Part shown: piece after piece, positions 15,207 through 28,060 of the stretch
Layout of the letters: each line of letters begins with the position of its first letter
Numbering within the stretch: position 1 is the first letter of the stretch
Assembly (NCBI RefSeq): GCF_009914755.1
Contig: NC_060936.1
DNA: 64,000 nucleotides
Source of the DNA: the human T2T-CHM13v2.0 reference genome, Homo sapiens
Strand: one strand, 5' to 3'
Program-made: the position numbers and the translations under genes
The notes under the pieces: generated by a model
Told to the model about the DNA's origin: nothing
The model's database searches: none
Seen by the model: the letters and a program-made list of their open reading frames with translations, nothing else

Positions 15207-15404
15207 TTTCCATATGACCACTGAAATTATTAGTCAACAGTCTCTGTCCCCATAAAAAAGTGTTTGGTTTATGATGTGAAATGTGTATGTGATAATATGG
15301 AGCAAATATAAATATCCGGAAATAATAATTATTAAACATATTTTGAATATCTGGGTAATCTTCCCCTGTAACAGATCATTCTCATTAGCTACAGGATAAA
15401 TTTA

Positions 15405-15560
15405 AATAAACCTAATTACTCTAATTTGATCATTACACATTGTATGCTTGTATCAGAATATCATATGTACCCCATAAATATGAACAACTATTACATATCC
15501 ATAAACATTAAAAGAAGTTTTAAAAGTAAAAAATATTTTTTAAAAATTAAAAATTCAATA
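15405..15560 (+). mobile_element. L1MA 3' terminus
   Basis: atttgatcattacacattgtatgcttgtatca..atatca.atgtaccccataaatat followed by an A-rich tail. Confidence 0.75.
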
Positions 15561-15676
15561 AACCTTCAGTACTGCAAAGGGGTGTAAGGGATTAGAAATG
15601 CTATAACCCCAGAAGAAACCCCAAGACTTCCAATGGCAGAAACACAATGAATTCAGTGGGAAATTGTCACTCAGTG

Positions 15677-16050
15677 TGTTGTAGGTTAGATTCTCCCAAA
15701 ACAGACTTTAATGAGATGAGATCTGAATGCAGGAACTTATTGGGTTGTGATCTCCGGAATGCCTCCAGTTAAAAAGAGAGAGAGAGAGAGGAGAATCCAG
15801 CAAATGGAGAAATTAAACTACTGATGCAATTGAAGCAGAAGCCTCAGGTAATTCCATGGGCACGCCGAAGCTGAAAGCATCCTGCATAGAGACGTAAGGA
15901 ATTGAGGGAAGAGGCTGGGAACCTTGTATCTCAGCAGGGAGCAATCATTGTATGTGGGTTGTCCCCAGGGAGGGGATAAAGGGACTCAGCTATGAACCTT
16001 TGGCTATCTATATCCTAGCCCCTGAGGATCTGGGCAGTACCCAGCATTAA
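15677..16050 (-). mobile_element. LTR33-like ERVL LTR
   Basis: taggttagattctcc...cagact...tgcaggaacttattggg, gatgcaattg..gcagaagcctcag pattern. Confidence 0.5.
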
Positions 16051-16076
16051 GGACACCTGATGAGAAAGGCAGAAAG

Positions 16077-16108
16077 TGTGTGTGTGTGTGTGTATGTGTG
16101 TGTCTGTG
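16077..16108. repeat. Interrupted (TG)n microsatellite
   Basis: Read directly. Confidence 0.9.
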
Positions 16109-16991
16109 TAGCACCTATGCATTTCACCATCTTAGCTTCCCTATTTGAAACACAGCTACTTTTTTTCTTTTTTCTATATGCTTGCTTCTGCAACACACAG
16201 ACGATCAAAACGTTCTCAAGGGATTAAAATTCAAACAGCCTTTGTACAATAATGGTGTTTTTATTCTCACAGTTTTATCCCATAGGGACATTTACAACCT
16301 CCCTTAGTAAAATTCTAACTATAACTGAAGCAGCAGAGGAACATGTTTTCTGCAGATTGGTGTAATCCTTTTTCATCAGACACTATTAAGATTTGCCAAA
16401 CTCAATCTTGTATTTTAAACCTTGTTTGACTTTCATCTAGAAATATCAAACATTTTAGAAGCATTCTCCATAAAGAACCAAAATAATGTCTTGTGACAAG
16501 CTAACAGTCCCATATAAAATCCAAGTTTTATACAGGGTGAAAAATAAGTAATCTAAATTCCACTCATTAAAATTTTTATGCAGAATGACTACACTGAAAT
16601 TATACAAAAACTCTTCCCACTTACTATTGATTAAAAATCCCCAGGAAGTGATTAATTTGATTTGTAAATTTTAATCAGAATATCCTAATTGTTCATAACC
16701 TGACACTGGCTATCATTGAGTTTAGTTGGTTTTACCTGTAATATGTGCCTCTAAAATCCATTTTGAATAACTTATCAAAACTAAGTAACATTTGTGTCAT
16801 CCATCACAATATGATTTTTGTTAGGAAATTATTTTTATAGATTTTCATGAGGTTTGCATATTCTCTTCTCACAGAACTTCTGGTGTCTGAAACACTAAAT
16901 TTTCTCTAAAGGCCACGTTCAAAAGACAAAGTGCATCAATATTTCGATTAATGCAAAACCTCATTAATTCAATGTTAGCAAATTATACTGG

Positions 16992-17444
16992 TGTCTTACA
17001 TTGGGTTCTTTGGGCAAGAGACTGTCAGAGTATAATAAACTGCATGAAGGCAGTTTATTGGGGAATGCTCTCAGCTTTAGTGCCTAGGCAGAAATGAGAG
17101 AAACAGCACTGGCCAGAGGCAGAAGTTAATCCTCCATGCAGTTCCAGCAAATATCTCAATATATTCTTAAGAGAGCTCTGGAGTTGGGATAACCTTTCAG
17201 AGTTGTCCAGAATTGAAACAAGGAATTTGGTTTGTCTTTATAAACTATGCATCGAAAATATAAACTGAGCATGGGGAGAGGATGTAATCTTGGGTACAGC
17301 ATCACACTGGGCTTTTAGACAATCCTAGAGAGAAACTGATTTGAGAGCAGTCAGCCTGCAAAACTGCAGGAAGCTGGAGGAATAAGTGCCTCAATCCTAT
17401 AGGGAGGTGGTCTAGGCAGGCTGATCATCATAGTCATCACTACA
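16992..17444 (-). mobile_element. LTR33-like ERVL LTR
   Basis: tgtctta...gggttc...gtttattggggaatgctc...gagctctggagttgggat..cctttcagagttgtcc...cactaca; TG...CA ends. Confidence 0.6.
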
Positions 17445-17514
17445 TTTGTTGAGATTTCCTTCTCTTCACACCAATTTCTGTTTTGAGAGTGTTTATCAAG
17501 CTCATTGTGGTAGT

Positions 17515-17665
17515 CACATCTTGTCTCACCTCTGCTAGGATTTAAGCTGCATCTGAGCATGGAGCATGTCTGTAATTTTTGCTGCTGCACCCCTAACACC
17601 TAGAATATTTGCTGGCACATAGTAGCTTGCTAAACTTATATTTAATAAATGTATGGATAAAACAA
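17515..17665 (+). mobile_element. L2 3' end fragment
   Basis: cctagaa....gctggcacatagtag...taaatgtatggat. Confidence 0.65.
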
Positions 17666-19418
17666 GGAAACATGATATTTTAAAAAATAATGAACTTGGA
17701 AGTTCTGTTATTGGACTTTTTTGATGCAGTAACACAACATTTTAAGGTGACTTTATGAGTTACTCCACTTTATGGCCTTCTGGGATCTGTAAGGCTCACT
17801 ATTCTTATGGGATCATATCAGTTATAAGCAGACTAATTTGCTTATTTTAAAAGCTGGAAAAACATCCCACACTGACAACACGTTAGGTCAATTTTTTAAA
17901 AAAATGTGCTAAGTCACCGACTTCAGAGGAAACACTGGAATAAACAAAACAAATCTTACGTTTCTAAGAGTGAGATGAAATAAGAAAAGAATTAAGGTTT
18001 AACGAAACAATACACCAAAGGCAAATTGTGCAGATTCTTGGGTATCCAGGCTTCTCTACTCAATAATGTTAATCTGAGGAATAAAACCAAATGCAAATAA
18101 GCAGTTAAGATTTAAGATCCAACATCATGTTATTATATCTAGCTAGCATTTTTGTGTGTGGTATGGAAAAAAGGAGGAGTTTGAGAAAGGTTTGTGCTTA
18201 ATAACTTTGCTTAATCTGTTTCAAACCTTCTTCCTTTTCTTCAGTTTAACCAGTATTAGCTTCACTCACCCCACCTCCACCCACTTCTATCTTGAGGTCT
18301 TTATATTTGCTATTCTTTTTGGCAGAAATACATGTATTACCATTGTTGCCTCCTTCCTATCATTCAGGTTTCAGCTTAAATGTAATTACAATAAGGAAGG
18401 CTTTTAAGCTGTTCAATGTTAAGTATCCACCAAAAAAGCTCCACAGCATCAATTCATTGCATAGCTCTTTGAGCTATGTTATGTGATCTTTAGATATATT
18501 ATCTGTCTCCACTGTTAGGATTTAAGCTCCATGCAAGCAAGAAAAGTGTCACCAGTACTGAGACTGAGTAACTGTGATGCAGTCAAAATCATAATAAATA
18601 TTTTTTAAATGGTGCTCATACAATACATGGGTGTTATGTGCCATGTGATGAGGAATTACTTATACATTTATTTATATTTTATAAATATATGAGCTCCATC
18701 CTCACATGGCCTTATATAAGAATAATCTTATAAATTAGGTATTATTGTCCCCATATATCAGATTAAATAAACTAAGTGTTCCTAAATTTATATACCTTGC
18801 CTCTTCTACCTGTTGACAGTACACCATGAGCAGAAACAGGAATATAATGCATTGGATATTCTTGTTCTAGGATGTGCTGGATTTTTGAAAACTACCTTGT
18901 GTTACCAAAGATTATCTTTGTTTTAGCAACAAAGGAGGTTGAAAAAACCCATACTGGTAAGGAGAAATTATTTTGCAATATTTATTTGGCATAGATGCAA
19001 TATTTCTTCTATCATCATTCCATTTTTATCAGTCATAGAGTCCTATTTATTTAAATTTTTCTTTTCTGTGGAAGGTACCTCATGATCTCTCTTAGCATTC
19101 CATTCTCTAGCTTATGTCCTAGTTCTAGCTTCTTTACAATCATTTTATAATTAGTAATCATATTTAAAAATATTGATATATGTTTTAGGATTTCTTAATT
19201 TATGTAATAAATATTTATTATATTATTCTTATGTACCAGATACTGTACTGGAAAAACAGTATGAAGAATTAAGCTTATATTCTGGTGGAGGAATAATAAA
19301 CTCTTGTTTGTTCTTACTCCTATACCACTGATACAGACTGTATTTGATCAATTTCACTTTAGCATTTATTATTTTGACCTATATTCATTGATAGCCTACT
19401 AAGTGTAAAAAATATGGA

Positions 19419-19721
<303 letters not shown>

Positions 19722-19989
19722 TTAGGATATAGATATAAAGACACGATACCTGCTCTTGAGAATCTCACAGAAAATGGGAAAGAGAAGAAAATATATATCA
19801 TATAGTATAAGAAAAATCACAAAAAATGTTCATATTCTTGACAATATAGTGAATAACCAAAAGATACTGTCTTCCTCAAGCCTACTTGTGGAAAAAAATA
19901 ATCTATTAAAGAGAAAAAAGCATGGCTCTAAGGAATCAACATCAAAACTGTGCTAACCTCTGGGAAGATTAAAAAATATCAAATGGTGG

Positions 19990-20268
<279 letters not shown>

Positions 20269-20368
20269 TTATATATATATATATATATAGTTATATATAT
20301 ATAGTTATATATATATAACGTTATATATATAAAGTTATATATATAACGTTATATATATATATATATAT
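20269..20368. repeat. Interrupted (TA)n tract
   Basis: About 100 bp of TA with gtt / acgtt interruptions. Confidence 0.95.
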
Positions 20369-20721
20369 CTCAAATGGTGAGTGACAATAGCAGTGGAAGT
20401 CTTAAATTAGGTGAAGATTTAGTATAGTTGCAGGGCTCTGTGAAGAGAGTATAGGTTGGGTGAAAGCTTTTAAATTCTTTTCTTGCCTGAGCTCCACATT
20501 GCCTTTGGGCAACTATCACCACCGTGGACTAGGAACTGGCAGCAGCTGCTTGGTGCAAAGTTCAAGCCCTCCAGCAGTGATAAACTGATAGGAGGCCAGG
20601 GTTAGGCATTCATTCCTCTGAACAATTATCTCCAAAACCTGTAAACTGTTGGAGGACCACCTATAATATTAAAGAGATTGCCTTCTCCATGTCTTGCCTC
20701 TTTTAAAGGAAAATACAATTT

Positions 20722-21032
20722 CTTTTTTTTCTTTTCTTTTTTTTTTTTTTGAGACGGAGTCTCTCTCTGTCGCCCAGGCTGGAGTGCAGTGGCGCGATCT
20801 CGGCTCACTCCAACCTCCACCTCCTGGGTTCAAGTGACTCTCCTGCCTCAGCCTACGGAGAAGCTGGGATTACAGGCACGCACCACCACTCCCGGCTAAT
20901 TTTTGTATTTTCAGTAGAGACGGGGTTTCACCGTGTTGGCCAGGCTGGTCTGAAATTCCTGACCTCGAGTGATCCGCCAGCCTCGGCCTCCCAAAGTGCT
21001 GGGATTACAGGAATGAACCACCTCGCCTGGCC
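20722..21032 (-). mobile_element. AluS (Sx/Sz-like) SINE
   Basis: Poly-T followed by gagacggagtctc...cctggcc; diverged TSD ta(c/t)aatttct. Confidence 0.93.
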
Positions 21033-21246
21033 CGAAGTTATAATTTCTAACCTGATAAATTTCTTGTTACTACCTGAAGCTCTCTACCTCGAGCCTTATC
21101 CGTTCTCCGGTACTTATACATACAAGGTATTCCAACTAGGGTCAGGTGTGTGGTCCCTGCACAACAGCCCTTACCAGGTAGAATAATTTATATCCTAAGA
21201 CATAAGCTCACAGGCTAGAGTTTCAACACAGTAAAAGAAAGACAAC

Positions 21247-21503
21247 TATCCTTTGACCAACATCACTCCAATCCTCCTCTGCCTCACCCACCAGTGCCTG
21301 GGAATCACCATTCTACTGTTTGCTTCTGTACATTTGACAATTGTAGATTCCACGTATATCATGGAACATTTGTCTTTCTGTGATTGGCTTATTTCATTTT
21401 TACTTAGCATAATGTCCTCCATGTTCCCCTGTGCTGTCACCAATGGCAGGATTCTCTCTCCTTTTTAAGGCTAAGTAGTATTCCAATGTGGATATGTACC
21501 ATT
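21247..21503 (-). mobile_element. L1MA 3' region fragment
   Basis: tttgtctttctgtg..tggcttatttca...cttagcataatgtcctcca...tttttaaggct.a.tagtattcca. Confidence 0.8.
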
Positions 21504-22689
21504 TCATACCAGTCAATAAAAAAAGACTAAATCTTACTGTATTTCACTTTCTGTATCTATAAAACAGAGAACCCAGTATATTGAAAATAACAACTTCATT
21601 CATTACTTTATTTGATAGATTGTAATTATTAGTTTTTACCAAGTGTAATAAAACATTGTTTTTAAACAGAATTCTATGTTTATTACCCAGCTGCAAAGGA
21701 TAATCATTCTCTTTTCAAAGAAAAACAGTAAAAAATAATTCTCCTGGAATGACTGAAGGTAATATTAAGTTACTTCTGATGTTCTTGCTTTCCCTAAATA
21801 GGCAAGACACGACCCCTCCATCCCCACTTCCTACAAGCCCAACAATGAGAAATACTAATGTTCTCATTGTGTTTCCTGATAGCACCATTATCTTGGAACA
21901 AAATGCAGTTTATAACTGAAATGTCCCCTGCCTGACTTATGAAAAACACATCTGAGATTTTCAGAAACCCCCTCAAAAGTTACCTAATAGCATATCAGAA
22001 CTAGTAATCTCATAGGGTTTGAGTATTTTCTGTCACCTGGATAAATGAGCAGGTAAGGGATCATCCTGGCGATCCTGGACTTTTTGTATTAATGATTATC
22101 ATTGATACTGATTAAAATAATTAATTTTATGATTATCAATAATTGTTCATTGATCAATAATTGTAATTTTGAAAAATTATCTTTAAGATGTCTAAATTAT
22201 GTAAGAAAACTGAGACAATTACTACAAAGAAAAAGAGAGAAACAACCAATATTCCAAATGTTCTTGGTGCGAAATGAATTGTTTTAAATGGCATTAATTC
22301 TTTTTGTCACTATTTTATTTTTCACCTCTCTCCAATACTTTAACTTCTGCGTAACAAACTGAGTAGAACAGAAACAATTTATCAGACACATGGCCTCTGC
22401 ATGTAATCTTATATTCTAGATGTACTTGTTCCTTGGGAAAGAAAATGTACCCTGAACAGGGTCAAAAATAAGGCTTCTTGGACCTTTTCTGAATTGCGTA
22501 TCTTCTGCTCTTACAACCCACAAGGCTGGAGATCCTTCCATCTCACTTGAGTTCAATACTCTGCTCTCTAAGGTTTCTGTTCCCACCCTTATGTCTCTTT
22601 GTTTCTGATTTCTGCTCCCCTGTCTCACTCAGGCACCAGTCCTGCATACTGGCCATTCATCCTCTAAAGACAGACCAGGGTAGCTTGCC

Positions 22690-23070
22690 TTAGGCCTTTG
22701 AACATTGAATGATGGCTTCAATCTAGAAAGCCATTTGCCTCAGCACCACATTTCAGGGGTTAATTATGGTACTTTCAGATCTATTCAAACGTCACTTTCT
22801 CAAGGAAGCTACTCCGACTATCCTGTTTAAACTACAACCTCTCCACTCACCTCTACTCCTCAACCCCCTCATCATGCTCCAGGTTCTCTTCTGCAGCCAT
22901 TACTACATTCTAGCTTTCTAGAAATTTATTTTTATAGTACGTATGTTTATCGTCTACTGGATATTCCCAGATTGTCTATTTGATGTTTCTAGCTGATGTA
23001 TCCCAAATGCCAAGAAGACGGTCTGGCACATAATGAAAGCTCAAAAATATTTGTTGAATGAATGAATTAA
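22690..23070 (+). mobile_element. L2 3' fragment
   Basis: Ends tctggcacataatgaaagctcaaaaatatttgttgaatgaatgaa. Confidence 0.75.
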
Positions 23071-25499
23071 ATCACAGACTGACACCTAGTTAGACTTGAA
23101 ACTACACCATGAACACATCTTAAAATAAGTCGCAAAATACCAGAATGTTTAGCCTGCTTTAATTGCATGTGATTGCAGGTACCAGTTGTTCCACTTCCTC
23201 ATTGGACCACTGAAGCACTTGACTTTGTGAGGTTACCTGATTACTAAGAAGATAAAAGCATCCGACTTTTAATCTGGCTATTTCTCACCTCTAACCACAA
23301 AGGACATTACACAAATTAAAATCGTGTATTCATTGCCTAAAATAACACAGCCTAGCCTACTAAAGAAAATTTTCTCTCTGGATTGTTCTTAAACATATCT
23401 TTTTTTTATGCTTTAGTGCTAGGGAGTCTTTAAGTTTTGTTATTTACCTTATATTTTACATTCTGAAAGATCAAAGATTATTCCTTCCTCAGATCCCATG
23501 GTAACTGAGAGATCAATGTCTCCTGTCTGCACCTTAAATATGGCTCTTGGCTGCATAGTACAATTTTACTCTCTGCAGTTGCTCATATTAATTAAAGTTT
23601 TTAAAAACATAAATAATAGAAACTGACTTTGGTTAGTTTGAGTAAAAGTGACAGGATGATAAACTGGACTCCAATCAGACATTTGGCAGTATGTGCACAG
23701 GACAACAGTAGTATAGCAGAGGCCCCTTAGACCCACGGCCTGAAGTGCTGGATCACCTTGCAAGACATGTTAAGAGCTACTTGTTCTTCTGTCCCTAAGT
23801 TTGTCTTCTATACTAGGCCATTAAAAAGGAGGTAGGGTTAGCCATAGAGAAGACTCCTCTGGAATGAGCTGCCAGAGTTATGTGTAATTTCCTCATGATG
23901 GGAGATGTGCTCCACTCTTCAGAATGAATGAGAGGGGATTAGAAAGAATGACTCAGAGACCTCAACAGGAGTCTCCTGAAGGCGTAACGGACTCACATGT
24001 GGGAGTCAGAGGCCAGGACTGTGGCCTCAATGCAAATCAAAGAATTTTATATTGGGAGCTGCTGTACTTTCTCTGAAGCGAGAAAAAAATGCAGGATTTC
24101 CTGGGGACCCAGGAAGGTCTCAGGAGGGTCTGAAGAAGGGTGCCAAACTCAGATTAACTCAACAGGGATTATTTCAAAGAGACTGACCAGAAGGGACAAA
24201 GGCTAAAACCATAGTAACCTATATTTCTAGAGCTAGAATGAGTCTTAAACTTTTTGACCTGCTATGGAATTAAATGTTGCACAGTCTACTTTAATTTTAA
24301 TAATTCCAGATTCATTTATAAATGGAAGAATGAGAAAAATGAGAAAATGTTCCTTGATGAAATATTACTAAATAGAAGAAAATAAACCCTTAAGATATCC
24401 TATTTACAGGCCAAGATTTATGGACATTTGTTACACAATCATTTCTTTTATTGTGACAATTTAGTTTTTGAAAACCTGCAACATGTTCCTAGGGCTTGAT
24501 ACCACATGGCCTTTTGCACAGCATCCTCAAAGATAATTTATGCCAGGTACAATAAAAGAAGGAGACAAATGGTGCACACTTGCTACTTTCTAATACTTTC
24601 ATTAAATAATTGAGAGAGCCCACATGTCAGTGTCCAAAAAAATAAAATTACATTTAAATATCATCATATTACAGTCATTTAGGTTATAAATGATGAGGTC
24701 AAATTACTCATCTCTTTGACAGTAGGGATAAGATTATATCAACAGAACTTGATCATGAAATAAAAGTATTCGTCTTCTTTGCCTGACATTGTGAACATCT
24801 GAAACAAAATAAAACAAATCTCACAGATTGAGAATTGAGAAACATCAATATTATCTTCAGTAGAAAGTAAAAGGGATTTAAAGAAATAGACACTTTGCTG
24901 ACTATTTGCTCTAAATTTTTAATCAGAATTAAAAATTCTGGATTTATTAATTACAGAAAAAGAAATGTATGATTGTCATTCATATTTGTTAAACTTTCTA
25001 GTACAAATATAGTATTTCATGATGCTTCATTCCTAAATACTTTAGCATGTGTCTGTCTCCCATGAGTAAGGATATTATCCTTACATTTGTAGTCAACAAC
25101 TGAGCTCCTACATGCTAAACAACAGAATTGGACAAATGTACATACCTAATGACAGGTTATAGAAGAAGGTCTTGAATGCTACTTCTGCACCAAAATAAGT
25201 GTCCCTCAAGAGCACATGTGCTTGCAGGCAGCTTCAGAGGAAGAGGATAAAGGAGAAGAAAGGTAAGCAGGACCAATTTCCCCTTCTAAATTCACCAGTC
25301 AGGTTAAGTCATGAACCAAGCCCTTGGGAAAAATGTGTGAGAAGTGGAGAGCTATCATAGGTTATACAGCGCACTATTGGAGCTACACAGATAAATACAT
25401 CTATAGCATAAAATAAACCTTTCATCCTAAAATGTATCAGGCATTAGCAATGTGCTGAGTGTTTCACTTCACTGAGTGGGCTAGACATATGAACGTATA

Positions 25500-26170
25500 T
25501 TTTACCAAAAAAGAAATATGAATGGTTCTTAACCCTAGGTAAGCTACTCAGTCTACTCTCATTCATAATAAAACAAATGTTAATCAAAACTATACTGAGA
25601 TACCATTTCTCACCCATTACCTTGGCGAATATTTAAAAATTTGGAAAACGTATTTTTTTGATATACCAGTGGAAACATAAGCACTAGCAGGAGTGTAGAA
25701 TTTGGAGGGAAATTTGATAATATATAGCAAAATTACATGGACATTTGCACTTTCATCTAGCAATCTCACTTCTAGGAATATATCCTGAAGGCACATTGGC
25801 AAAAGCACCATCACCAATCAAAAAATCACACAAAACAACAACAAAGAAACTCCAGAAATATGTATTTACAATTTACAAGTCTACTGTTATCAGCATTATT
25901 TACATTACGTTATTTCCAAATATTCTTACAACTGAGCTGAAAAAGGAATGACACATATGTCTACATACTGTTATGGAGCGATTCTCAAAATATACTGCTA
26001 AGTGAAAGAGGGAAGGGAAGAAAAGCTTGTGTAATATACTATGCTATTATTTTCCAAAATATACAATAAGATAAAAGCAAAGTAAGTGCTTATAGGTGAA
26101 AAAAGAAGAAAAGTGGAAGAAGAATGAGCATAGCTACCATACTACCCTGAATATACTTGGTTTTAGATTT
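25500..26170 (+). mobile_element. Old L1 (L1MC/ME-type) 3' fragment
   Basis: aaactatactgagataccatttctcaccc, tagcaatctcacttctaggaatatatcct. Confidence 0.65.
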
Positions 26171-27114
26171 AACTATGAAAAGGGATATTTGGAACAAAGT
26201 AATTTTCTATGTATCAGTGGTGGGATATATTCTAAGGACAGAAATAACTGAAAATAAAAAACTCACTTTGTCTGCTCATGGTAATCTTGTTAGTGATATG
26301 GTTGTTAATGCCAGTTTGAGAGTATTGTGTGTAAAGTAAAATAATGCAAATGACTAATTATGTTGAGAAATGGGAATTTCTGTGTAGAAGTTCAAAGGTA
26401 CAGAGAGATGTAAGATTAATGAGGTTAAGTAAATATCCCATAGGACTAAATTTGAATTGGAACTATCAGGAATTAGTAGTACAAAACTTATTATATATTT
26501 GTATCTCTTATTATAAACTGTATAGGCAAAAAAACAAGAACCTCCATAGTAGTGAGTACCTAGTATAAATACTATTTTTCCCACCAAACTAATAAAGTTC
26601 TTGGAAATATTTCTTGAAAAAGAAATGTACAACGTGAGCTTGGAACATAATTTCATACCAGAAAGCAAGAAAGACTGATTAGTTGAACTACTTGAAACGA
26701 AATTCTCGCTATTTGGCCTGGTTTTTATGACACTAATACCAACCCTCACTCTCTATTTTCAAAATGTCAAATGACTCTGAGTTAACATCATTAATCAGCC
26801 TGCTGTGATGAACTATAGCTAATGGGGTTGGGAAGAATGACTGATAAGAGTGTCGAATCTGGCCATGTTTTATGGTAGCTTTGTTTGAGGGAAACATGTT
26901 AACAATTGGATGATGTTCTCAGGGCAGCGTCACTTCTCCATCATCCTCTGGGGAGAGATTTGGCAATAAGGAAAATAATTAGCATGTATATATTACTTAC
27001 TATATACCAAACAATTTTGAATACTTTTGTAGTATACCATAAGAAATATATCATGGCTAAAGATTAACAATATGTATAAGACCCACTCAAGCAGCTCGCA
27101 GGGCCAACACTATG

Positions 27115-27846
27115 TGTCACTTAGCAGTATGTTGCAACCTGGCCTGGGGATCTCTAACCCTGGCCGGATTTCCAGGAGACAAGACTATCTCAGCACAGAT
27201 GTAACTCTCATAAACCTTAACAGAACTTACTCTTAGAAGAGTGCCTTAAATTTCCTTTAAGAAGGAAACACTTAATAACTGACCTGGAGTAAACACAGGT
27301 ATAAGAAATGGGGAAGAATCCCTCAAACTCTAACAATGGTCTCCAGAAGGGGACCCTCTCTATCTGGCAGTCATCTGACCCCTAACTGTATCTGGCCCAT
27401 GCCACTGGCTTGCTCCCACTTTCTGTCTTGCAAGAGTGCTGCCAAAATAAACTGCTTGAGTAAAACATACCCAGGACTGGGTAATTTATAAAGAAAAAGA
27501 GGTTTAGTGGACTCACAGTTCCACATGGCTGGGGAGGCCTCACGATCATGGTGGAGGGTGAGAAGCAAAGTCATGTCTTACATGGCATCAGGCAAGAGAG
27601 TGTGTGCAGGGGAAGTCCACTCTATAAAACCATCAGATCTCATGAGACTTATTCACTATCACAAAAACAGAACAGGAAAAGCCCGCCCTCATGATTCAGT
27701 TACCTCCCACCAGGTCCCTCTCATGACACGTGGGAATTATGGGAGACACAGCCAAATCATATCACTCATTTTGATGTGAATCAGACCAAAAGGGAAAAGA
27801 AACCTCTGGGAAAGCTGGGTAACTAGGATCACCTAAATCCCCCACC
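27115..27846 (+). mobile_element. ERV-type LTR (family unassigned) interrupted by a THE1 LTR
   Basis: GC-richer block with TATA-like gtataa (~27300) and AATAAA (~27447); continues after the THE1 insert at ~27765. Confidence 0.45.
27461..27764 (-). mobile_element. THE1 (THE1C-like) LTR with deletions
   Basis: gactgggtaatttataaagaaaaagaggttt..tggactcacagttccacatggctggggaggcctcac ... acacagccaaatcatatca. Confidence 0.9.
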
Positions 27847-27849
27847 AAA

Positions 27850-28060
27850 TTTTTTTGTGTACCTATTAATTTAATACTCATACCAACCCTGGAATGTAGG
27901 TACAATGTTTAGAGTTATTTTACAAATAAAGGCACCAAGACGCAGACTGGTTAAGTAGTTTACTCAACAATGTCACGTAGCTAGTAATTGGCACACCCAA
28001 GCTCTAAGTCCAGGCAGTGTGAATTTAGAGCCTATGCTCTTAATCACCATGCTATATCAG
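27850..28060 (-). mobile_element. MIR SINE
   Basis: attttacaaataaagg...ggttaagt....gtcacgtagctagtaa.tggca...agagcctatgctcttaa. Confidence 0.7.

Noticed and set aside
26354-26749. 131-aa minus-strand ORF outside recognised repeats
   Set aside because: Non-ATG start, composition typical of AT-rich non-coding DNA and no recognisable motif; compatible with chance.
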